A stretch of 64,000 nt of DNA. It comes from Halioglobus sp. (GTDB lineage: Bacteria > Pseudomonadota > Gammaproteobacteria > Pseudomonadales > Halieaceae). The notes under the pieces are model-generated. The model did no database searches, was not told where the DNA came from, and was given only the letters and a program-made list of their open reading frames with translations. The DNA lies in assembly GCA_020443345.1 (NCBI GenBank), contig JAGRIH010000021.1, positions 45,018-109,017 of the forward strand, read 5' to 3'. The translations under genes and the position numbers were made by a program. Positions 56,695 through 64,000 of this stretch are shown here, one piece after another (the first letter of the stretch is position 1; the number at the start of each line of letters is the position of its first letter).

Positions 56695-57589
56695 TGACCA
56701 CCGGATCCCGTTCGTCGAGTAGTTGCTTAAGGTAGTTCCCGTAGCCGCTTTTTTCCAGCGGCGCGGCCAGCACCAGCAGTTGTTCGGCGCCGATGTACCC
56801 CATGCGGTAGGCGATCTCCTCTGGACAGGCGATTTTCAGACCCTGGCGCTCCTCCACCACGCGAATGAAATTGGCGGCGTCCAGCAGCGAGTTGTGGGTG
56901 CCGGTATCGAGCCAGGCGGTGCCGCGGTTCATCACTTCCACGCGCAAATCGCCGCGGGCCAGGTAGGCCCTGTTGACATCGGTGATCTCCAGTTCGCCGC
57001 GCGCCGAGGGGCGGATGTCGCGGGCGATGTCCACCACGTCGTTGTCGTAGAAATACAGACCGGTGACAGCGTAGTGCGAGCGCGGGGCCGCGGGCTTCTC
57101 CTCGATATCCCGCGCCACGCCGTCGGCGTCGAAACTGACTACCCCGTAGCGCTGAGGGTCCTGCACATAATAGGCGAAAACGGAAGCGCCCTCGGTGCGG
57201 CCGGCGGCATTTTTAAGCTGGCCGCTAAAGCCGCCGCCGTAAAAAATATTGTCGCCCAGCACCAGACTGGCGGGCGCATTGCCGATGAAGTCCGCACCGA
57301 GCAGAAAGGCCTGCGCCAGTCCGTCGGGACTGGGTTGCACCGTGTAGCTGATATTGATGCCCCAGTGTGAGCCGTCGCCGAGCAGCTCCGCGAAAGCCTG
57401 CTGGTCGCGCGGTGTGGTGATTATCAGGATGTCGCGTATCCCGGCCAGCATCAGGGTGGACAGCGGGTAGTAGATCATCGGCTTGTCGTAGACCGGCATC
57501 AACTGTTTGCTGACGGTACTGGTCAGGGGGTGCAGGCGGGTGCCCGACCCACCGGCGAGAATGAGGCCCTTGCGGGTCTGCGCGAACAT
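56684..57589 (-). CDS. rfbA: glucose-1-phosphate thymidylyltransferase
   Basis: [31 protein letters not shown]. Start trimmed to ATG 57589. Confidence 0.96.
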   Translation of the reverse strand: MFAQTRKGLILAGGSGTRLHPLTSTVSKQLMPVYDKPMIYYPLSTLMLAGIRDILIITTPRDQQAFAELLGDGSHWGINISYTVQPSPDGLAQAFLLGADFIGNAPASLVLGDNIFYGGGFSGQLKNAAGRTEGASVFAYYVQDPQRYGVVSFDADGVARDIEEKPAAPRSHYAVTGLYFYDNDVVDIARDIRPSARGELEITDVNRAYLARGDLRVEVMNRGTAWLDTGTHNSLLDAANFIRVVEERQGLKIACPEEIAYRMGYIGAEQLLVLAAPLEKSGYGNYLKQLLDERDPVVNEI

Positions 57590-57846
57590 GGCGGGCTCCT
57601 GTGGTGAAAGCGCGCAATTATAACCAGAAAACGCCGCGCCGCGACAATCGGTCAGTGGTTTTGCGCCGGTTGTAGCGAGCTGTCGAGTGCATCTGGCGCC
57701 ACCGTCTTGCGAGGCCATGCCGCTTTGTAGGCCGCGGCGTAAATCACCGCCAGGCGCTGCCGTGCAGCTATACTTCCCACTGAGACGGCCGCCGCCTGGC
57801 GGAGGCCCAACGTTGCCATAGTTGTCCCGAGGAGTGACAAACGACA

Positions 57847-58722
57847 ATGGACCCCGTCAACCTGTTGCTCGCCCAACTACTGGATATCGCCCGCAGTTTC
57901 ATTGCCCAGCTACCGCAACTGGGCATTGCCCTGTTTATCCTGTTGCTAACGTGGGCGGTGGCGCGCCTGTCCCGCGGGGCCATTCGCCGCTCGCTGAGCA
58001 GTGCCAGGCTGCGCCCCAGCCTGAAGAACCTCTTTACCCTGCTCGGCTCCATCGCGATCTGGACACTGGGTATCATGCTGGCCGCACTGGTCGCTTTTCC
58101 CAATCTCACCCCGACGAAGATTCTGGCAGCGCTCGGCATCGGCTCTGTCGCCATTGGCTTCGCCTTCAAGGATATCTTCGAGAACTTTCTCGCCGGCATC
58201 ATCATTCTGTTGCGACGCGAGATGCGCATCGGCGATTTTATCGAATGCCAGGGCATCGAGGGCAAAGTGGAAGACATCTTCGTGCGCGAGACACATATCC
58301 GCATGACCGACGAACAACTGGTGATCGTCCCCAACAGCATGCTATTCAAGAACCCGCTGCGCATTATTACCGACCGGGAGCAGCGCCGCGTTACGATCCT
58401 CTGCGGTATTGCCTACGGCGAGGATGTGAGCGCTGCGCGCGAGGTCATTGCCCGGGCGGTGGCGGACAGCGACCACGTGCTCACCGACCGCCAGCCGGTG
58501 CAGGTGTTCGCGCGGGAGTTCGCCGACTCCTCGATCAATTTCGAGGTGAGCTGGTGGACGGGCTCGACGCCGCTGGATGTGCGCCAGTCGCGGGACGCCG
58601 TCATCCGCGCCATCAAGCAGGCGCTCGATCGGGCCGGCATCGAGATCCCCTTTCCCTATCGCACCATCACCTTCGACGAGCGCGCACCGCTGGCATTCGC
58701 GGTCGAGAAGCCGAAGTCGTAG
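57847..58722 (+). CDS. mechanosensitive ion channel (MscS family)
   Basis: Three N-terminal TM helices, then [27 protein letters not shown]...G.VEDI.VR.T.I. Confidence 0.88.
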   Translation: MDPVNLLLAQLLDIARSFIAQLPQLGIALFILLLTWAVARLSRGAIRRSLSSARLRPSLKNLFTLLGSIAIWTLGIMLAALVAFPNLTPTKILAALGIGSVAIGFAFKDIFENFLAGIIILLRREMRIGDFIECQGIEGKVEDIFVRETHIRMTDEQLVIVPNSMLFKNPLRIITDREQRRVTILCGIAYGEDVSAAREVIARAVADSDHVLTDRQPVQVFAREFADSSINFEVSWWTGSTPLDVRQSRDAVIRAIKQALDRAGIEIPFPYRTITFDERAPLAFAVEKPKS

Positions 58723-58798
58723 CCCGTCGCTGGCAGTGTGGGGTGAATGCGCCTACTATTGGGCATCGTATCTTGCGCCGCGCCCCAGGAGGTGAAAC

Positions 58799-59425
58799 GT
58801 GAAACTGTATACCTACGATCCGGCCCCTAATCCCAAGCGCCTGCAACTGTTTCTGGACTACAAGGGCATCGAGATCGAAAGCGAGCAGGTGGACCTGATG
58901 AGCAAGGCCCACCTGAAGCCCGAGTACCGCGCCATCAACCCGGCCTGTTCGGTTCCGGCCCTGCTGCTGGACGACGGCACGCTGCTGACGGAGGTCATCG
59001 GGGCCTGTGTCTATCTGGAGGAGCAGTACCCGGAGCGGCCGCTGCTGGGCCGCTCCGCGCTGGAGCGGGCCCAGGTCATCAGCTGGGACCACCGCCTGTT
59101 TATCACGCTGCTGATGGCGACGGCGGAAATTTTCCGCAACGGCAATCCGGCGTTTGTCGATCGCGCCCTGCCCGGGCCGCAGCCAATACCCCAGATCCCG
59201 GCGCTGATCGAGCGCGGCAAGCTGCGCCTGACCAGCGCCTGGCAAATGGTGGATGACGCCCTGGGCGATGCGCCGTTTCTGGCTGGCGATGCCTTCTCGC
59301 TGGCGGATATCGATCTGCTGGTATGTATCGAGTTTGCCGGCTGGGTGAAGGAGTCAGTGCCCGAGCAGTGCGGCAATATCCGCAATTGGCAGCGTCGCGC
59401 ACAGGCGGCGATCAGCAAGCAATAA
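58799..59425 (+). CDS. glutathione S-transferase family protein
   Basis: N-terminal thioredoxin-like fold (KLYTYDPAPNPKRL...SVPALLLDDG), C-terminal helical domain. GTG start. Confidence 0.85.
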   Translation: MKLYTYDPAPNPKRLQLFLDYKGIEIESEQVDLMSKAHLKPEYRAINPACSVPALLLDDGTLLTEVIGACVYLEEQYPERPLLGRSALERAQVISWDHRLFITLLMATAEIFRNGNPAFVDRALPGPQPIPQIPALIERGKLRLTSAWQMVDDALGDAPFLAGDAFSLADIDLLVCIEFAGWVKESVPEQCGNIRNWQRRAQAAISKQ

Positions 59426-59482
59426 AACCGGCGGCTATGCAGTACCGCCGCCGCAGCAGCGAATCGCAGGGAACAGGCGCAG

Positions 59483-60916
59483 ATGCAACTGAATATGCCG
59501 TCTTTCAACCGGGCCCGGGTGCTGGTGCTTGGCGATATCATGCTGGATCGCTACTGGGAGGGCGAAACCTCGCGCATTTCACCCGAGGCGCCGGTGCCGG
59601 TGGTGCGCGTGGAGCAGATCAACAATCGCCCCGGCGGTGCCGGCAACGTGGCCCTGAATATTGCGGCGCTGGGTGCGGCCGTCAGCCTGAGCGGGCCCAC
59701 CGGCGATGACGAGATGGCCGATTCCCTGCAGGATATGCTGCACGGCGCCGGCGTGCACTGTACTTTCACCCGGGTGCCGGACCACCCCACCATCACCAAA
59801 CTGCGGGTCATCAGCCGCCACCAGCAATTGATACGGCTGGATTTCGAGCAGCCAGAGCTGGCCCTGGCCGCCACGTCACTGGCGCAGGATCTGCCGGCGC
59901 AACTGGCCGGCTGCGGCGCCCTGGTACTGTCCGATTACGCCAAGGGCGCACTGCACCGGCCGCAGCCGCTGATCGAAACGGCGCGGGCGCAGTCGATACC
60001 GGTGCTGGTGGACCCCAAGGGTACCGATTTCAGCCGCTATCGCGGCGCCACCGTGCTGACGCCAAATTTGCATGAATTCGAGGCGGTGGTCGGCACCTGT
60101 GCCACGGAGGCGGAACTGGTGGCCAGGGGCGCACAACTGATGCGCGAGCTGGATCTGGGCGCCCTGCTGGTGACGCGCGGCGAGCACGGTATGACCCTGC
60201 TGCGCCCCGGCGCAGAGGAACTGCATCTGCCGGCCCGCGCCCGCGAAGTCTACGATGTCACCGGCGCTGGCGACACAGTCATCGGCGTGCTCGCGGCGGC
60301 GGTGGCGGCGGGCGCCGACCTGCCCCTGGCCGTGAGCCTGGCCAATATCGCCGCGGGTATCGTGGTGGGCAAGCTCGGTACGGCCGCGGTGAGCGCGCCG
60401 GAGCTGCGCCGCGCCGTGCAGGCCGAACAGGGCTCACAGCGCGGCGCGATGACGCTGGAGCAGCTCGAGATCGCCGTGTCGGATGCACGCAGCCAGGGCG
60501 AGCGCGTGGTGTTCACCAATGGCTGCTTCGATATCATCCACGCCGGTCACGTGGCCTATCTGGAGCAGGCCCGGCGCCTGGGCGACCGCCTGATCGTGGC
60601 GGTCAACAGCGACGAATCTGTCACACGCCTGAAGGGCAGGGGCCGCCCGATCAACCCCCAGGATCGCCGCATGGCGGTGCTGGCGGGGCTGGAGGCGGTG
60701 GACTGGGTAGTGTGCTTTGCCGACGATACCCCGCGCGCCCTGCTGCATACTCTGCGGCCGGATGTGCTGGTCAAAGGCGGCGACTACGACCGCGAGGGCG
60801 TGGTCGGCCGGGAGATTGTCGAGGCCTACGGCGGGCGGGTTCAGGTGTTGGACTTGGTCGATGACGTGTCCACGACCGCCATCGTCAACCGGATACAGAA
60901 TCGCGATTCGACTTAG
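59483..60916 (+). CDS. hldE: bifunctional D-beta-D-heptose 7-phosphate kinase / D-beta-D-heptose 1-phosphate adenylyltransferase
   Basis: Ribokinase-like N-terminal domain (VTGAGDTV) and a cytidylyltransferase C-terminal domain ([17 protein letters not shown]). Confidence 0.96.
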   Translation: MQLNMPSFNRARVLVLGDIMLDRYWEGETSRISPEAPVPVVRVEQINNRPGGAGNVALNIAALGAAVSLSGPTGDDEMADSLQDMLHGAGVHCTFTRVPDHPTITKLRVISRHQQLIRLDFEQPELALAATSLAQDLPAQLAGCGALVLSDYAKGALHRPQPLIETARAQSIPVLVDPKGTDFSRYRGATVLTPNLHEFEAVVGTCATEAELVARGAQLMRELDLGALLVTRGEHGMTLLRPGAEELHLPARAREVYDVTGAGDTVIGVLAAAVAAGADLPLAVSLANIAAGIVVGKLGTAAVSAPELRRAVQAEQGSQRGAMTLEQLEIAVSDARSQGERVVFTNGCFDIIHAGHVAYLEQARRLGDRLIVAVNSDESVTRLKGRGRPINPQDRRMAVLAGLEAVDWVVCFADDTPRALLHTLRPDVLVKGGDYDREGVVGREIVEAYGGRVQVLDLVDDVSTTAIVNRIQNRDST

Positions 60917-61034
60917 GTTGCAGTTCTCTGTGGTACCTCCATGAGTTGTTTTGTCATCCCCTTATAATTTAAGACTAACGATAATTGGGTGCGCAGTCGG
61001 CCATTTCCGAGGCAGCAGGGACGCTTCGCAGACT

Positions 61035-61862
61035 TCAGTCATGGGGATACTCGATATCCCCGACATCCACGACAAAAAACGGAAAGTACCGCTCGGTGCC
61101 GAAGTGGTTGCCCGCCTCCACGTGGGTAGGCAGGCGAAACCCGGCGAACTCCTGGAACGCCGAGAGATAGCCGCCGAAGGGCTGTAGCCGATACGCCTTT
61201 TCCGGGTTGGCATTGCTCCAGCGCTCGAAGCAGATTTCGGTCGGCTGCCCATCCGGCGCCACCGTGATATCGATCGACTGTGAAAGCTCCCCATGACTCA
61301 GGACAAGGCGCGCGCGATCCGCATCCACCGAGTCCCAGTCAATCCCCGGTCCAGGCAACAGCGCCGCCGGCGTCCAGAACACCGCCTCGGCAACATAGCG
61401 TCCAAAGGCCGAGCGCCGATGATCGGGGTCGCCGCCCATGCGCGCGACCGGCAGCAAGCCCATCAGCCAGAATCGCGTCCAGCACTCACTGTCCGAGCCG
61501 GACAAATGCAGCAGACCACGCCTCGCGCTCATCTTCCATACGAAGCCGGCAGGCACGGCGAGGGTCTGACTCGCCGTCATATCAAGATAGTTCGGGTCGG
61601 CCTTCGTGCCCATCCCGAAGCGCCCGATCATGGTGATATTGGCTACCGTATAAAGGGGCGTGCCCGGGGCAATGGTGTAGAGAAAATAGCGCCGGGCGGG
61701 TTCCGGTAAACCGGCAACCAGCTCCGCATTGAAACGGGCCGGCCCCACCGGCTGCGTCGCGACAAGCCAATGCATGGCCTTTCGGTCAGCTCGGTGATCA
61801 GACCATCGCCAGAGCGCGAGTCCCAGACATGCCAGCAACAACACAAGCAGTAGAACATGCAT
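61035..61862 (-). CDS. hypothetical membrane-anchored protein
   Basis: N-terminal TM helix MHVLLLVLLLACLGLALW. No motif recognised. Confidence 0.6.
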   Translation of the reverse strand: MHVLLLVLLLACLGLALWRWSDHRADRKAMHWLVATQPVGPARFNAELVAGLPEPARRYFLYTIAPGTPLYTVANITMIGRFGMGTKADPNYLDMTASQTLAVPAGFVWKMSARRGLLHLSGSDSECWTRFWLMGLLPVARMGGDPDHRRSAFGRYVAEAVFWTPAALLPGPGIDWDSVDADRARLVLSHGELSQSIDITVAPDGQPTEICFERWSNANPEKAYRLQPFGGYLSAFQEFAGFRLPTHVEAGNHFGTERYFPFFVVDVGDIEYPHD

Positions 61863-61871
61863 CGTGTGGCT

Positions 61872-62681
61872 TTATTTAATGTTCGCCTGGTCGATGGCGC
61901 GCCCGGCCGCTGCGACATTGGCGGCCAGGTGCGCCGGGTCGATGGTGCCGACGATGGCGGAGGTGGTGCCGGGGTGGGCGAACACCAGGTCCATGCTGGC
62001 CTGCACCGGGTCCGCGCTATCGCGTTGCAGGTGGCCGCTGGCCAGGGCTTTCTTGATGAATGCGCCTTTGCCCAGCGCGGCGCAGGCGTCGAGTACCGCG
62101 GCTTCTTCCCGCTGGACCAGGTTGTAGGTAAGCATCACCACGTCGCAGCAAGCCGCGGCGGAGAGGCCGCCTGCCACCGTCTTGGTGGACATGCCGAAGG
62201 CGCGGATCAGGCCCTCGCGCTTCAGCTCCGCCAGCGCCTGCAGGGTGCCGGCCTGCTCGATAATGCGCAGGTCGTCGCCGTCGGAGTGCACCAGCACGAT
62301 ATCCAGCACCTCTGTATCGAGGCGGCGCAGGCTGCGCTGCACGGAGCGGCGCGTGTGCCGCGGTGAAAAATCGAAATGCGATTGCCCCTGTTCGAACTCC
62401 TCGCCCACCTTGCTGCAGATCACCCAGTCCTCGCGCTGCCCCCGCAGGAGCCTGCCCAGGCGCTGCTCGCTGCTGCCGTAGGCCGGGGCGGTGTCCAGCA
62501 GGTTGATGCCCAGCGCCCGGGCCCGCGCCAGCAGCGCCGCGGCGCTGCGCTCATCCGGCAGGGTGAAGCCACGCGGGTATTTCAGGCCCTGGTCGCGACC
62601 GAGTTTGACGGTGCCCAGTCCCAGCGCGCTGACCTGCAGGCCGGTGTCTCCGAGCGCGCGCATCCAGTTCATCGAAGCCAC
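61872..62681 (-). CDS. aldo/keto reductase
   Basis: GLGTVKLG...INLLDTAPAYGSSE...AKR fold pattern. Confidence 0.85.
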   Translation of the reverse strand: MASMNWMRALGDTGLQVSALGLGTVKLGRDQGLKYPRGFTLPDERSAAALLARARALGINLLDTAPAYGSSEQRLGRLLRGQREDWVICSKVGEEFEQGQSHFDFSPRHTRRSVQRSLRRLDTEVLDIVLVHSDGDDLRIIEQAGTLQALAELKREGLIRAFGMSTKTVAGGLSAAACCDVVMLTYNLVQREEAAVLDACAALGKGAFIKKALASGHLQRDSADPVQASMDLVFAHPGTTSAIVGTIDPAHLAANVAAAGRAIDQANIK

Positions 62682-62696
62682 CTCATCGAACCCTGC

Positions 62697-63893
62697 TCAT
62701 GAAAACAGGGTATCCCAATAGGGCGCCGCCACGGGCACGCTGCCCGCGGTACCCAGGACAGAAAAATCCGGGCGGTGCCGGGGCTGAATTTGCTGCGAGC
62801 GCAGGTGCGCCACCAGTGCGTCGCCCAGATCGGGGCTGAGGGTGAGCTTGGTGGGCCAGGCCGCCAGTGCGTTATCCACCCCCGCCACCGGCCCGAGATA
62901 GGCGCTGTCCGGTCGCCGCAGGCTGGACTGGCGCGGCTCCGCGCGATCCAGCCGCAGGGTGCGCCACTGGCTCTGTCCCAGGTCGATCCAGGGCAGCAGC
63001 GCGCGCAATTCCCGGCGCGCCTTGTCGATCAGTTGCTGCGGGGTATCATCGACGGCCTGGGTGGCCAGGTCGCCGCCCAGATACCACAGCGGTGCGCCGT
63101 CCGCACAGCGGTGGCTGGAGATGGTCAGGCGCGGGGAGGGATTGCCGCCCATGCAGTGCGCGAAAAAGGGCTCGGTGTACTCGTGTTTTACCAGTACCTG
63201 CTGCAGCGGCCGGCGCTGCATGGCCGGGGCACTGCCGCCCAGCTGCGCGATGAGCGACTCATTGCCGGTGCCGGCGCTCAGCAGCAGGCGCTCGGGGGCC
63301 ACAGTGCACTGGGGCAGCGCCAGCGTGGCGCGGCCGCTGTCGAGCCGCAGCGCGGCCCGCTGCCAGTCGATGGGGAAAATGGCTTCGCGCTGTCGGCTGG
63401 CGAGTGTCGCCACCAGCGAGGGTACATCCAGTACCAGGTCGAGCAGGCGGTAGACCTGGCCCCGGAACGCCCGGTCGCGCAGGGGGGCGGGGTAGTCCCG
63501 CGCGGACAGGTGCTGCACGCGCCCGCGCAGCAGCTTGCTGGCGAAAAAGGAGCTGAGCCGCGACTGCAGCCCGCCGTCGGACCACAGGTAAAACTGTTCG
63601 CTGAGCACGCGGCAGCCGCGCAGGTCCACCGCGCCGCGCCCGGCGAGGCACTCGCGCCAGGTAGCCGGCATGCCGGAGATGGTTTCCGAGCCGCTGCTCA
63701 GGGCGCCCGACAGCGCGTATTTGATGCCCCCGTGAATCATGCCCTGGGAGCCGATGGTCTGGTAGCTGCCCAGCGCCTCGCGCTCGAACAGCACGGCGCT
63801 GTAGCCGAGGTTGCGCAGCTGGTTCAGCGCCCACAGGCCGGCGATGCCGCCGCCGATTATGGCAATGTCGGTGTGCAGTAGCGGTGCGCTCAT
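62697..63893 (-). CDS. FAD-dependent oxidoreductase (DAO/GlpD-like family)
   Basis: DIAIIGGGIAGLWALNQL Rossmann motif at the N-terminus. Start trimmed to ATG 63893. Confidence 0.8.
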   Translation of the reverse strand: MSAPLLHTDIAIIGGGIAGLWALNQLRNLGYSAVLFEREALGSYQTIGSQGMIHGGIKYALSGALSSGSETISGMPATWRECLAGRGAVDLRGCRVLSEQFYLWSDGGLQSRLSSFFASKLLRGRVQHLSARDYPAPLRDRAFRGQVYRLLDLVLDVPSLVATLASRQREAIFPIDWQRAALRLDSGRATLALPQCTVAPERLLLSAGTGNESLIAQLGGSAPAMQRRPLQQVLVKHEYTEPFFAHCMGGNPSPRLTISSHRCADGAPLWYLGGDLATQAVDDTPQQLIDKARRELRALLPWIDLGQSQWRTLRLDRAEPRQSSLRRPDSAYLGPVAGVDNALAAWPTKLTLSPDLGDALVAHLRSQQIQPRHRPDFSVLGTAGSVPVAAPYWDTLFS

Positions 63894-64000
63894 GGTGCTG
63901 ATCCAGGCTCGGGGGCGCCCATTATAACCGCACCGGGGGATGCCGCGGTCACGCACTGGCCGCGCCCGCGGCCGGACGTTATGCTGTGCCATTCGCCCGG

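Overview
This is 64 kb of a high-G+C gammaproteobacterial chromosome. The gene order resembles Pseudomonas: polA, an sRNA gap, engB, cytochromes c5/c4 and dsbA in one block, and glnE, ilvE, waaF, waaC, waaG and waaP in another. From left to right the window holds: (1) an aa3-type cytochrome c oxidase cluster with assembly genes (coxB, ctaD, ctaG, coxC, SURF1, ctaB, SCO); (2) polA, engB, cytochromes c5/c4 and dsbA; (3) an accessory block with an AraC regulator, a Tat-exported amine oxidase, a sulfatase and a cysteine-synthase-like gene; (4) amino-acid biosynthesis genes (lrp-like, leuA, ilvD, argA, argE); (5) an AAG-type glycosylase, a DUF47-PiT phosphate transport pair and an orphan GspE/PilB-family ATPase; (6) glnE and ilvE; (7) a long LPS region from about 36.9 to 60.9 kb with waaFCGP, two more LPS kinases, a pyruvyl transferase, a GT39-like membrane glycosyltransferase, a split rmlDB/rmlCA set and hldE; (8) three oxidoreductase or hypothetical genes. 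The most unusual part is a 7.3-kb insertion at 42.5-50.0 kb inside the LPS core locus. It is bracketed by 176-bp near-identical direct repeats of the host gene junction and carries no mobility genes. It encodes two divergent operons. One has a beta-barrel outer-membrane protein with an N-terminal CxxCH, plus a lipoprotein built from three CHRD domains, an Ig-like domain, a (PE)n linker and a cytochrome-like domain. The other has an ECF sigma factor, an anti-sigma factor, an S8 subtilase and a Gcw_chp-like barrel. Other notable items are a candidate ErsA/Spot 42-position sRNA with an RpoE/AlgU-type promoter in the polA-engB gap, a 192-bp nested palindrome, and a Pho-box-like site in front of DUF47-pit. 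Most of the long antisense ORFs in the six-frame track are GC-driven shadow ORFs. All calls rest on reading the sequence and translations by eye; no searches were run.
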